Assembly: GCA_028534125.1 (NCBI GenBank)
Contig: CM052838.1
Location: forward strand, 16,058,001-16,122,000
Direction: 5' to 3'
From: Lama glama
Lineage: Eukaryota
Length of the DNA stretch: 64,000 nucleotides
The notes beneath the pieces are model-generated. The model had not been told where the DNA came from and searched no databases. It was given only the letters and a program-made list of their open reading frames with translations. Shown here in pieces: positions 37,546-50,479 of this stretch (the first letter of the stretch is position 1; every line of letters starts with the position of its first letter). The position numbers and the translations under genes were made by a program.

Positions 37546-38407
37546 AAGAAAGGAAAAAGAAAAAATCAAAATCAAAGACTTGTCATTGAACACAATATGT
37601 CCTAAATTAAATTCTTTTTTTTTACTGCATAGGTATATTTTAAAGATAGATTTTAATTGAATATGAAGACAGTTTTAAAACATATACATGTTAAAAAAAT
37701 ATATATATATATAAACATATATATGTATATATCACTATTTAATACAACATAAAAAGTCATTTATATTCTATGAAGGAAATGAGTTTTTGAAAAACTAAAT
37801 TCCAAGAAGAACTAGAAGAAATAACTAGTGAGCAGTTGTCATAATATTGATGGAGAAGAATTTCTAGGCATAACATCAAAGGCAGAGAACATAAAAAGAA
37901 AGATCAATATATTTGATTACATAAAAATTTAAAAGGTCTGTATCAGAAAGAAAAACATGCACCATTAACAAAGTTAAAACCAGAAACAGCAAACTAGGAA
38001 AAAAACAATTTGCACTAAATGCCAAAAATCGCTATCCTTACTGTATCAAGAGTTCTTGGGTGGGGAAAGAAAGACTTGACCCCTCTTCCAACGGGACACA
38101 TGATTCTTATTATAAATTTGATCAAATGTTCCTGGAACATACCACCCTTTTACTCCTACTGTAGCACAAACTGAAATGTAATATATCAAAGTATCATTTT
38201 TAATGCACAACTATATTAGCAGGAAAGTAAAGGAATTCTTCAGAAGATTTAAGAAAGGAAAAAAAAAATTTAGAATCCACATGAGTAAGCAAGCAATGTA
38301 ATGGAAAGGCTTCCTGAATTCATACGCTAATCACCGGTAGCCTAGGATGTGAGTTGTAGTGAGCCATACAAGTAAGAAACTCAAGGTGGATGATCAGATT
38401 ATAGACT

Positions 38408-39135
38408 NNNNNNNNNNNNNNNNNNNNNNNNNNNNNNNNNNNNNNNNNNNNNNNNNNNNNNNNNNNNNNNNNNNNNNNNNNNNNNNNNNNNNNNNNNNNN
38501 NNNNNNNNNNNNNNNNNNNNNNNNNNNNNNNNNNNNNNNAAAACCCAAAAACACTAACTCAGAAAGATGCATGTACTNNNNNNNNNNNNNNNNNNNNNNN
38601 NNNNNNNNNNNNNNNNNNNNNNNNNNNNNNNNNNNNNNNNNNNNNNNNNNNNNNNNNNNNNNNNNNNNNNNNNNNNNNNNNNNNNNNNNNNNNNNNNNNN
38701 NNNNNNNNNNNNNNNNNNNNNNNNNNNNNNNNNNNNNNNNNNNNNNNNNNNNNNNNNNNNNNNNNNNNNNNNNNNNNNNNNNNNNNNNNNNNNNNNNNNN
38801 NNNNNNNNNNNNNNNNNNNNNNNNNNNNNNNNNNNNNNNNNNNNNNNNNNNNNNNNNNNNNNNNNNNNNNNNNNNNNNNNNNNNNNNNNNNNNNNNNNNN
38901 NNNNNNNNNNNNNNNNNNNNNNNNNNNNNNNNNNNNNNNNNNAAAGAAGCAAACTCACAGATACAGAGAACAAATTGGTGGTTACCAGGAGTAACGGAAG
39001 GGCAACATAAGTACAAACTACTGGGTGAAAGATAGGCTCGAGGATGCACTGTACAACAGGGGGAATACAGTCAATATTTTCTAGTAACTGTAAATGGAAA
39101 GTAACCTTCAAAAACTGTATAAAATTTTAAAAAAA
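38408..39135 (+). mobile_element. Younger cetartiodactyl-type L1 3' end, largely under Ns
   Basis: AAAACACTAACTCAGAAAGATGCATGTAC between the N blocks, then AAACTCACAGATACAGAGAACAAATTGGTGGTTACCAG..CTGTACAACAGGGGGAATACAGTCAATATTT. Confidence 0.82.
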
Positions 39136-39337
39136 GTTTTTAAGACTCTGTGGGAATCTGGGCTTCCTGACACATAACAGCCCATTAGGAATGCAGTTTT
39201 CAGCTCTGACTTTTGGTAAAGAATTTTAAAAAAGAAAAGACTCTCTTGATAAATTTTTAAACAAAAATTTATGGTCATATTTGAAAATAGAATTTATACC
39301 TTTCTGCCTTTCTCCCTCAAAAGATACAACCCAGATA

Positions 39338-39533
39338 CTAACTACTATGTATAAAATAGATAAACAACAAGATCCTACTGTACAGTACAGGGAAATCTAT
39401 TCAATACCATGCAATAGCCCATAATGAAAAAGACTATGAAAATGAATATATATAAAAATATATAACTGAATCACTATGTTGCACACCAGAAATTAACATA
39501 ACATTGTAAACCGACCATGTTTCAATAAAATAA

Positions 39534-39580
<47 letters not shown>

Positions 39581-39581
39581 A
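39338..39581 (+). mobile_element. Short young L1 3' end with (AAAT)n tail
   Basis: ACTATGTATAAAATAGATAAACAACAAGATCCTACTGTACAGTACAGGGAA..AACTGAATCACTATGTTGCACACCAGAAATTAAC. Closely similar to 63790-63975. Confidence 0.88.
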
Positions 39582-39726
39582 ATGTTCCTGGGGTGCTAAG
39601 ACCCTGTTATATGAAAGCAGCATATGAGAATCTTCTCTGAAGAAAATTTAAATTCAGCCTCAAGAATTACCCTAATAATATCAAAGCATCAAAGATTAAA
39701 GGAATTTGAACTCATAATTTAAAAAT

Positions 39727-39731
<5 letters not shown>

Positions 39732-39767
<36 letters not shown>
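39732..39767. repeat. (TA)n microsatellite
   Basis: Directly visible. Confidence 0.95.
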
Positions 39768-39770
<3 letters not shown>

Positions 39771-41204
39771 AAATAAGTTGTCATGAGAAACTGTTAGTCC
39801 ATAAAGCACAGGAAAAAACCCTCAATGATGGCGGATATCAGGTTTATTAGATAGAAATTATAAGTCAAGCACATTAAATATATTTAAAGAAATGATATAG
39901 GAGATAGACCGTAAAGTGAAAAAAAAAAAAAGACCAACAAAACTGATAGATATATTTGATAAATAACCAAATAAACCTAAAGGAATGAAAAATATAAGAG
40001 CTAAAAAGATTGTTAGACAGCTGAAAAGAAAACCAGCACGTTGAAAAATAAATCTGAGAAAAATACAGGGAATAAGTGCAGATGCATGAAATGACAGGAA
40101 ATAGGAAAGAGAAATTTTAAGAAAATGATAATCGAGTGAGAAAGGTCAACACGGGGTAATTAGAGTTCAAAGAGCTAACAGAAGACGCGAGAAGACAATG
40201 AGTATTTGAAGAGACAATGCACCGGAATTGTCCAGAACTGATGAAAGATACCAATCTTCAGAATCAGAAAGTCATGAATCCCACACCCTAGATAAATTCT
40301 AGTGAAACTGATGAACACGAAAAATAAAGTTTTGAGCAGCTTTTAAGGAAAAAAAAAAGTTACCCACAATAAACAGTAGGTTTGTCAACTTACTGGCTTC
40401 TCAATAGCAAACACGAAAGTCAGAGGGCAATAGAACAATATTCTCAAGATGGTAAGAGAACATAGTATCAACTTAGAATTCTATAGCCATAGAAGCATTT
40501 TTGAAAAATGAGGTCAAAATAAAAACATTTTCACTTCAACAGAAACTCAGAGATTACCCCACCTAGACTGTCAAAAAAAAAAGAAATTTTAACTGATACG
40601 TTGGCAAAATCCCAGAGGGAAGGTCATAGCGGTAAGATATTAGTTCCTGACTCAATGGCATGTTATCTAACACTGTCCATGTCAAAATTCTCTGGATTTA
40701 AACCCGTGGGATGACCCTTCCAGTCCCTCAGCCTCTCCATCTTTTGATCTCTCCTAAAATGACTTTGTCTCGCATCAACCCTTCGCTCCTCTTTTTTTAT
40801 TAGACTGTACCAGACTTTTCATTAACAGTAATTGTCGCCACTCCATCCTCACAACTTCAAGAATTCCATTCTCTGAAGACCAACTCCATTGTTTCTAGGG
40901 CATTCGTTTTAATAATATAACAATAAAAAATCCTCAACTACACTGATCCTGCCACCTTTTTTTTTTTACTGTCCTACTCAACTCTTCAAGCTATCACTCC
41001 CACCTCACCCAGTTTAGAGTCTACAGTATGCAATTGTAATCACTCTCTTGCTCATACAGTAAACTCTCTTAACCCTCTCTCACGCCACTGCCATTGCACT
41101 CACCAAGAAAAACTGCCAACTCATTGAACAAAATTCTCCACATATGCCATCGCTACACATGCAGGTAATATGACTAGATAAAAACACACTACGATGTTGA
41201 ATGG

Positions 41205-41219
41205 GTATGTGTGTGTGTA

Positions 41220-41252
<33 letters not shown>
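41205..41252. repeat. (TG)n microsatellite inside L2
   Basis: Directly visible. Confidence 0.95.
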
Positions 41253-41255
<3 letters not shown>

Positions 41256-42996
41256 CACTAACTTCAAGTAGATTCCTTGAAACGGCCTGGGAAGATTTCC
41301 CATTTCCATTCACTGATCCCTTCTCCAAAGTGATGATTTCCCATCTTCTCCTCTTTCTTCCGAATCACCTTGTCCCTATTTCCCTGAGAATTCAAAGGGA
41401 ACTCCCCCAAGCCCACTATGCATGCGCCCCACCACCCTGCACTATGACAGATAAATGATATGAGCTCCTTTCTATGTCCAGCCTCTTCACTAGCACACCT
41501 GATCCAGTTTTCCTATCATGATGGTTTCTTATTCATCCCCTCTCTTTTGCTTACCTCGTAATTTTCCCTAGTCTTTTTACAAATGCACAGTTCGTTACCT
41601 TTCCCACTGAGAAAAGCCCTTTCTTATCCTCACTTCCTATTCTAATTACCACCCCATTTCATTGCTCCCCTTTATAGAAGAAAACCCTCAAAATAATCAA
41701 ATAAGCCCATCGCCACAAATTGTTTTTTTCTCATTTCCTCTTTTTCTCACTCCAAGCACAGTTTCTCTATCACGACACTAAAGCTGCTTTTGTCAAGATC
41801 ACCAATGGACCTCCCAATTCAGACTCTTCACAACTAAAATCCCAGGCAATTTCCAGCTCTCTTTTTATGTGACCAGCAGCTGTTGAGACCATGGCGCATT
41901 CTTTTTTTCTTAACAGATTTCTCTTACTTGGCTTCCTTGACACTAGACTCTTCCTGATTGTCTTTCTCTGGACACTCCTGTTCATTCTCTTGCATTGATT
42001 TCTCACAATTTCTCCAATCTCTAAATGTTAGAGTCCCTCCCCACTCAATGTTTGGACCTATTCCTTATATAAGTCCTCTCTCCTGCCTCCCTGAGTACCA
42101 GAGTCATATCTAATGATGCCTACCCATCATGTCAACTTAGATATCTAAAAGCCACCCCAAATCAAGCTCCTGATACACTCCACCCCCACTTCAACGAGAT
42201 CCTCCTGTAATCTACCCCACCCAAATTAATGAAAACGCTACCCTTCCAATCTTAGAGGCATCCTTGGCTTCTCCCTCCACACTTCACCACCAACCCATCA
42301 GCAAATCATGCTGGCTCTACCTTCAAAATACATCCAGAATTCAACCACTTCTCAATACCTCTGGTCCGCGACACCATCATTTCTCACCTCAATTACTGAA
42401 AAAGCTTTCTGACCATCTCCCTGCTTCTATCCTTACTGCACCACAGTCTATTTTCAGCACAGAAACGAGAGTAATCTTTTAAAAACATAAATCAAGTCAT
42501 TACTCCTCTGCTAAAAACCTCCTAATGACTTCCTCAGTATCTCAGAATAAAAGCCCCAAATCCTCACATTCGCACATACGGCCTCTGCGTCCTTAGGTCC
42601 CTGTTACTTCTCTGACCTCATCTCCTGCCAGTCTCTCCTTTGCTCAGTTTGCTCCCACTCTGTTAGGCACTTTCTTGCTACTTACTCTCACCAGGCACCA
42701 CATCACCCTGTGGGCTTTGCACCTGCAACTCCATTGCTTCAGGTGCTTTCCCATCAGATTCCACCTGGTTCACACCCTTACCTCATTCAAACAGTTGCTC
42801 AAATACCTCTTGTTTATAAAGGTCTTTCCAGACAACCTATTTAAAACTGCATGTCCAGCACTCCCTGCCCTTCTTCCTGGCTTTATTTAGCTCCATAATG
42901 TTAACTCCTTCTGACAAAGTATTTATTTTACTTATCATTTTATTTTATTATTATCAGTTTCCTCCAGGTAGACATACACTCTAAGAAGGTCTCTTT

Positions 42997-43600
42997 TGAT
43001 CAGCTACCTGTCCATTAAAAAATCATGCTCCCCTTCAAAGTACAGAGATGCCCCTAGGATAGAAGCTACATTTTCCAATCCCCTTTGCATCCAAATGGTG
43101 ACACTTAGTGAATTCTCGGCTATTAAAATGGGTGAAAGTAATCTGCATCTCTTCTGAGCTAATGTGTTTAAGAAGGAGTTATTTCTCCCCCAACTTTTTT
43201 TTGTCCCTATAGTCTTGTTTTTTTTTTTTTTTTGAAGGGGGAAGTAATTGGGTTTGTTTATTTTTTTTTATTTCTGGAGGAGGTACTGGGGATTGAACCC
43301 AGGACCTTGTGCACGCTAAGCATGCGCTCTACCACTTGAGCTATACCCTCGCCCTGTGCCTATAGTCTTGCTGGATGTTGAAGACTGGAATGAACTTAAG
43401 GGCCTCCGTCAGTCTGGATCTCTAAGCGATTCCATGGATCTGGTCCTTCCAACCATCTACTCCCCTGATCTAACCCTCACCTTCCTGTCCATAAGAAACA
43501 CTTCTTTGGGATCTTATCTGAGTGGGAACTAAAAGTGTATTGTGCGAAGCTACTGAAATTTCAGGTTATTTATCACAGACACTAGTATTGTGCTAAATAA
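42997..43600 (+). mobile_element. MLT1 (MaLR) solo LTR
   Basis: CTACATTTTCCAATCCCTTTGCA..ATTGTGCGAAGCTACTGAAATTTCAGGTTATTTATCACAG..CTAAATAATA. Confidence 0.78.
43218..43354 (-). mobile_element. tRNA-Ala-derived SINE, camelid Vic-1-like, with 16-bp TSD, inserted in an MLT1 LTR
   Basis: tRNA head with AGC anticodon region and a poly-A tail. Flanked by TGTCCCTATAGTCTTG (43202-43217) and TGTGCCTATAGTCTTG (43355-43370). Confidence 0.93.
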
Positions 43601-43929
43601 TATGTTATTGTCTGTGTCTCCCAATTCTCAAAACACTGAAAAGCTCAAGAAATATTTGTTAAATAAATGAATGGACAGAACGAATGAAGATATGGGAGCA
43701 AAGACAACATTAAATATGTAAGTTACCTAGAAACATTTGGTGAATTAGTGAATTAAAGAATGAACCCACTGTTGGTAAATTTCTTGCTGTCAGTTTCCTT
43801 GTTCCACATTTTTTTGCGTAGTGACAATGCTTCCCTATCATGTAACTCCATATTTTCTTTCTAGAGGCTTTTTTTTTTCTTGTGTCCATTTTGAATTTCT
43901 CTTTCATAAGTACTTTGCATTGTTCTTAG

Positions 43930-44130
43930 TTAACTTTAGTTGAATCACAGTAAACAATGCTCCTCCTTCCTGTATTTATTTTTCAAGTATTTATATATCA
44001 TTATCCTGAGCTCCACTTTCTGTTGCTAAGCTAAGCTATATATTACTAGTTTTTCGTTGAAAGAGCTCTCCATCCTCTTAGTCACTTTCTTCCTCTTGCT
44101 TGAACTCTTTACTTTGTCTACACTTTCACC
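43930..44130 (-). mobile_element. CR1/L3-like fragment
   Basis: TTCAAGTATTTATATATCATTATC..CTAAGCTA..CCATCCTCTTAGTCACT..CTTGAACTC resembles the reverse CR1 ORF2 3' end. Confidence 0.4.
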
Positions 44131-45844
44131 TTTACACAGATCAGGGAACAAATCTGGACTAGCTCAGTAGCTACTAAGAACAATGTGGCCAAAAATCCAC
44201 ATTGTTTTGGTTCTTGAGATGCCCAGATGCATTCAGAGGCTATGTGAGCACTGGAGGCACAGAAATGATGGCCCATTCCTCCTGCACTTCTTATGATTAT
44301 TGAAGTTTTTGGAATATGGTTGCATGTCAATATAAGTCTCATGCATTAACAATAAATGTATTACTAGATTAACTGGACCCCATGGATTGTTGTTCTTCCC
44401 TGTAGCCTTGTTTGCAGTCATCTGAATGAGTATTCTTGATGCTGGTGCAGTTATTTTCAAGAAACACTAAAGGAGACTTTTGGTCTCTGGACAAGGAGAC
44501 CAACAAATTCATGGTCACAACTACATGTGTTTCCATTTTTTGTTGCAATGACCCTAAACCAATGTAGCATAAGTAGGACTGCAGTTGCCTAACTTGAACA
44601 TTGCTCATCAGCAGAAGATGATTCTGCTTGTCATAAATTTCTAGACAATGAGGAGTCATTACCTTACAAAAACCCCTAAGTGTAATATTTGGCTCCCAGC
44701 AGTAGCCCAATGTTATACATATGCCAGTGCTGTGACCCACTTTAAGATGGATGAAGAAGAAATCTGCTAAGGGGATTTATAATGTTTTAAAAGACCACTG
44801 AATCTCTTAAGTAAAAGAAGTGCATTATTCCCAATACAACGGTCATAGACTTGATAAGGATCATTTTCTGAAAGGCAAACTTTTGGCATATATGCCAATG
44901 ATTTTGTGAAATTCACTTCTACCATCTTTTATGTATTCTTCATTCTCAGACAGTGGCTGAGATTCAGCCTTCTCTCTCCTTCCCCCTCACATAGACCTAG
45001 AAGAGAATGTTAAATTACTGACTGTATCACCTACATAAAAATGAATGTCAGATTTTTAATCTTTCTTTAACATAGGAAGCTAAACTCAATAGGAATGCTA
45101 TCTAATGGATTCAAAATTAGGATACGAATATGAAAGCAAACTACACAGTATCACATCAACCTTGGATACTATTGCAATCACCTTGATTTTAATCTAATAT
45201 TGTACAAATTTAGATTTTATTAATTTTTAAAAGTTTCCCAGACTATTAAAAGATGTGTAACTCAAAGAAAATAATTGGTTCAAAAGAAAGTAGTACATGT
45301 ACAGTAATTAAGGGCAAATAATATGAAGCTATAATAGATTAAATAAGGATGAACCTTACAAAGGTAATAAATAGATTATGCAGAAACTCAAATGGATGAA
45401 ACAATTGTGCTCTGGATAAATTCCCACAGAACTCAGTGCATAAAGGCAAATAATGAAGATATAAGATGCTTAACATTTCCAGACTCTTAATCTACTGATC
45501 ATTGTATTTGAACAAGAGAACAAAACAGATATGGAAATAATTGAAGAAATTATTGAAAAAACTCCTCAAAGCTGAAAAACACCAAAAAACCTTACAATAC
45601 CACACAAAACTATTTTTGAAAAAAGACATATACTGCTGGTGTGATAGTACAAGACAGCCATACACACATACACTCTCACACACACGCACACCACACACCA
45701 CCAGCTGACAGGCATCACTAGCCACTGAAGAAGCTGGGTAAGTTGAAGTAAGCCACGCCATCTAAAAAAGCTAGCATAAGATAATTTTTATCTATAATAA
45801 AATACTGACATGTGAAGCCTAATTTACTGAGTCCTGAGTGGAAC

Positions 45845-46030
45845 AGTAACAGCAATAGCAACATTTATTAAACATTTGCCTTGTTTCAGGTATTGTGCAA
45901 ATAGTATATGTAATAACTTATTCAATCAACACCATCATGAAGTAGGTAACAATTATCCAACGTAGCTAGTAAGCAGAGCCAGTATTCAAACATACGCAGC
46001 TTTCTTCTCTCGGTTCTCATTCATAGCTCC
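45845..46030 (-). mobile_element. MIR SINE
   Basis: AATAGCAACATTTATTAA..CAGGTATTGTGC..AAGTAGGTA..GCTAGTAAGCAGAGCCAGTATTCAAAC. Confidence 0.72.
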
Positions 46031-46164
46031 ACTGTTGTAATTCACCCTATACTTACAATATTTAAATTAACATATATGTACTGAAGTCACTCAACAGTTA
46101 AGTTTGTATTATAAGGGCTCTTGAAGAATATCCCAAAAAAGCAAAATACTGAGATCTTGGATTT

Positions 46165-47703
46165 CAAGAGGTTGCAACCATAATGCCACAGTAATGAAGA
46201 CAGTGTGGCACTGATGAAAGGACATAATAGATCAATGAACAAAATAGAGAATCCAGAAATAGACTCATGTAAATACAGTCAACTGATCTTTCATCAAGGA
46301 ATAAAGGCAACATAACAGAGAAAATATTTTTTTTCAACAAATAATGCTGGAACAACTGGACATCCACATGCCAAAAATTAATCCAGGCACATATCATATA
46401 ACCTCCACAAAAATTAATTCAAAATGGGTCACAGAATTAAATGTCTATAATACTCCTATGAGATAACACTGGAGAAAATCTAGATAACCTTGGGTTTGGC
46501 AATGACATTTTAGATGTAACACCAAATGCCTGATCCATGAAAGAAATAACTGAATAGCTGGACTTCATTAAAATTAAAAATTTCTGTTCTATGAAAGACA
46601 CTTTTAAAAGGAAGAAGACAAGCCACAAACTGGGAAAAATAAATGCAAAAGAAATATCTGCTCTCAGATTGTGATTCAAAATATACAAAGACTCAACAAG
46701 AAAACAAAACAAAGACCTTAACAGATCCCTACCAAATAACGTAAATAGATGGCAGATAAGCATCTGAAAAGATGCTCCACATTGTATGTCATCAGGAAAA
46801 TGCAAATTAAGACAACAATGACATAGCACTACATACCTTTTAGAATGACCAAAATCCGGAACACTGCCAACATCAAATGCTGGAGAGGATATGGAACAAA
46901 GGAACTCTCATTCATTGCTACCAGGAATGCAAAAACGTTACAACCACTTTGGAATACAGTTTGGCCGTTTCTTACAAAACTGAACATACCCTTACTATAT
47001 GATCCANNNNNNNNNNNNNNNNNNNNNNNNNNNNNNNNNNNNNNNNNNNNNNNNNNNNNNNNNNNNNNNNNNNNNNNNNNNNNNNNNNNNNNNNNNNNNN
47101 NNNNNNNNNNNNNNNNNNNNNNNNNNNNNNNNNNNNNNNNNNNNNNNNNNNATGCACTGCAATGCATTCAGGCAACGGAATATTATTCAGTGTTAAAAAG
47201 AAATGAGCCATCAAGCCATGGAGAGATATGGAGGAAACTTAAGTAACTTAAGTAGCTTCATGTTACTAAATGGAAAAAGCCAATTTGAACGAGCGACTGT
47301 ATGATTCCAACTATATGACATTCTGGAAAAGAAAAAAAATCTGTGGAGACTGTAAAAACATGGGTGGTTGCCAGGGATGGGTAGGCAGAGTGTAGAGGAT
47401 TTTTAGGGCAGTGACACCATTCTGTATGATTCTATAATGGTGGATACATGTCATTACACATTTGTCCCAACTTACAGAATGTACAACATCAAGAGCGAAC
47501 CCTGATGTCAACTATGGACTTTAGGTGATAATGATGTGTCAATGTAGATTCATCAGCTGCAACAATGTACCACCCTGGTTGGGAATGTTCATAATGCGGG
47601 AGGCTGTGCATGAGTGGGGCTGGGGGCATATGGGAAATCTCTGTACCTTGCTCTCATTTTTGCTGTGAATATAAACCTCCTCAAAAAATAAAGTTTACTA
47701 AAA
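46165..47703 (+). mobile_element. L1MC1-like ORF2 C-terminus and 3' UTR
   Basis: The 46845 peptide MTKIRNTANIKCWRGYGTKELSFIATRNAKTLQPLWNTVWPFLTKLNIPLLYDP matches the L1 ORF2 C-terminus. 3' UTR AAGAGCGAACCCTGATGTCAACTATGGACTTTAGGTGATAATGATGTGTCAATGTAG. Confidence 0.93.
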
Positions 47704-47949
47704 GAGAGAGAGTGATTGCCACCTACTGAGGGTGAACAGATACTTATACACATAGTTTCTAAGTGCAGGTCAGAGCGAGTCTAAGGACTAACAAAGGCAA
47801 GAAGCTTTGGTTGAGTTGTGGAGGGTTTAAAGCATTTTGTGGAATGACAACAAGGGATTTAAGAACATGGGTTGAGGGCTCCAAAGAATAAGAAGGATTC
47901 AGAGAAGAAATAAAAAGAGGGATACCAGGTGGATGTCAAAGCATAAATA

Positions 47950-48273
47950 GTGGGGGTGGGGGATGGGTTAGTAAACATGTACAAACTTTGCTACACAATG
48001 AATTAGGTCTGCGGATCCAATGTACAATATGGTGACTATTGTTGATCAATTGACTGTATAATTGAAATTTGCTACGAGTAGAACTTAAGTGTTCTCATCA
48101 AAAACAAAAATAAACAAATAAACATGTGAGGTGATATGCCAATTAACTCGATTAGAGGGGAGAATCCTCTCATAATACACAGTGTAAACATGTATCAAAC
48201 CATCATGTTGTACACCTTAAACATCTTACAACTTCATTTGTCAAGTGTATATAAATAAAGCTAAAAGGAAAAA
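47950..48273 (+). mobile_element. L1MA9/L1MA10-like 3' UTR
   Basis: ATGTACAATATGGTGACTAT..TGAAATTTGCTA..AAGTGTTCTCATCA..ATCATGTTGTACACCTTAAA..AATAAAGCT. Confidence 0.85.
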
Positions 48274-50479
48274 GTATACATATGGGTATAAAAAGTGGCA
48301 AAGAATGTGTTAATGGAATGAGTCCAGCCCGAGTGGAGAATAATGTCTGTGGCGGGTCACAGAGCGGACCGGCAGGGGAGGGCCAGTATTGCCTTCGTGT
48401 GGGTGAGAGGGTTGACTTCACTTTGACCTTAGTTCAGTACTTCCCAAGTAAAGGAACCGCAGGGAGTTGGAAGATTATACTTCATGTCACTGTGGAAGAG
48501 ATCATAAGGATGACCTTTTAATTAAGGTAAACAACAAAACCCAAACAGTTCCGCTGATACCAACACCACTGTTGAAGTTACTTCAAAACTGAATTGCTTA
48601 TTTTTTCATCCTTGATGCAAAAGATGATTAAAATGTGCTGCGTCCATCAGTGGCTAAACCCATTCTTCATAAAGCAAGTACTGAACTCATGCTTACCAAT
48701 GTTAAGTTAGGAATGACGTCCATAATTAGAAAAGCATCAACAGCCAGTGCTTGGATGATGAGCTGAGCATCCCTGGTGATGCTCGGCCAGTGTGGGGACA
48801 TTCAGGGACGTGTGGGTGCCAGGTGGGAGCACTGATGCATCAGGAGAGTCAATTTCACAGGACTGGAGGTTCTTCGTAGAAGAAGGTGATGGAAAATTTG
48901 GTCATTTTAAAGTTAAAGTCCATGAAGACCCCCAAGGAGGGGTTCACACAATGTAAGCGGCAGAGTCAGAGCTAGTCCTCAGAGTTCCCGCGTTCCACCC
49001 AACTGCTCTTCTCACCACCCTAATTGAATAATGCATTTTCTGATTGAGTGACCTCTTAAAAATTAATATCCTTTTATCTGTAGCTTCTGAAATAGGAAGC
49101 TAAAAATCAATTACTATCTGTAGTTTTCTGGTAGTAAAAGTTATATCTCTATTAAAATAGCTAAGGATGGATGGAAATAGATAAATATCAATTTGAAGAA
49201 TTCTGGATAGACTGATTCACCCATTTTTACTTCCATTAAATGTCCCCCAGATTGATCACAGCCTACCATCTCTCGTCTGTTTCGAGAAAACTGCAGATAC
49301 GAAAATATAAATTCCCTCCAAAGGTAAAGAACTATGTTCTATATTTGACAGAGCAGGATAGAGACAGTGGGGTAGGCACGAGGATGCGGCTAAGGAAATG
49401 ACCAGAGCAAAAGTGAAGAGTGGAAGGAGGAATTTTAAGCAAGACCAAGCATAGTTGGAGAGAGAGAACAGAGGGTAGGGACAGTTTGAGAGGAAGCAGG
49501 AGGCAGAGGAGAAGAGGCAGCAAGACAGCATCAGTCTTGGTGGTTAAAACAGTATCTCGTTGGCAGCCTGTGACACGGGCTCTCACTGCTTTCCATCGAA
49601 ACACCTAGGACGGCAGAGAAAACCTGGCAGCAGACAGGAAGACCTTCCACCCCCCACCCCACATGGTGCCTTGCAGACCAACAGCACAGATCCCATACCA
49701 ATAAGAATCCTAAACAACAATCCATCCATTCACCCAACAATATTTGTTGAGGATATATTATGTGCTGTGGTTTATAATAAATAATTCCACAGGATAACTT
49801 CTGAGACTAACATACGAAGAAAACTGAAAACGAAGGATAAGCTTGGGATGACTGAGGATAGGGAAGCCTCTATGAGGTCACACTATTGAGTGTAAGAGCT
49901 TGAACACTCCAGTGCATGGACACCAGGTTTAGTCAAGACCCCGTTCTCCCTCAGTCTCACCACCATCTCTGCATATCTGCTCAGCGCTGGAATCTCAGAG
50001 AGAAGAACTAGAAAGGAAGGCTGTGTGTTGCTGATGAGTACACGGGGTGGAGAGACGGCAGAGGAAGTGAGAAGATACTCCATTCTACAGTGTATCATTC
50101 CTGCAAATCAAGCACTGCAGGCACAGCAAGGGGGAACATGTAGATTCCGAAGGGCTATGATTATTGGAATTTTGATTTTATGGGTTTTATGGATTCAGAA
50201 TATCAGACATCCAGATGGTCAAAGGAGAAAACTCGGTCTCAAACCAGCAGGGTCACACTAGATGGATGTCAGGGTGGGGCTCTGAATTGGGCGGGGGGTA
50301 ATTGTATCTGTCTCCTAGTTCGCTATTGATCTGAGAGGGGAATCCAGCCAGCATTCAAATGGATGCAGAAGGGTCATGGGCTCTCCATAGACTCTGTATC
50401 TTGGGGAACATGTGGTCTGGAAACAGCATTTCTCCTTGCAATCTGAATATGCAGAAAATCTCACACAAAATCTATAAAC

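Larger units (their letters stand above)
37830..40620 (+). mobile_element. Old L1M/HAL1 segments (ORF2 3' piece, 5' region and ORF1) interrupted by younger L1 3' ends
   Basis: TTTCTAGGCATAACATCAAAGGCAGA..TTTGATTACATAAAAATT. ORF1-like GTATTTGAAGAGACAATG..CCAGAACTGATGAAAGATACCAATCTTCAGAAT..CAACTTAGAATTCTATA..AAAATAAAAACATTTTCA. Confidence 0.72.
40640..43690 (+). mobile_element. Long LINE-2 remnant (RT region to 3' tail) with nested MLT1 LTR and SINE
   Basis: GCTGCTTTTGTCAAGATCACCAATG..CAGCAGCTGTTGAGACC..CTTGGCTTCCTTGACAC (ALVKITND / SAAFDT-like L2 RT), then CTGGCTCTACCTTCAAAATACATCCAGAAT. Tail AATATTTGTTAAATAAATGAATG at ~43670. Confidence 0.88.

Noticed and set aside
36072-43354. Three tRNA-Ala(AGC)-like sequences as real tRNA genes
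   Set aside because: They have a disrupted acceptor stem, a shared non-tRNA tail and A-rich ends, and one has a TSD. These are SINEs.
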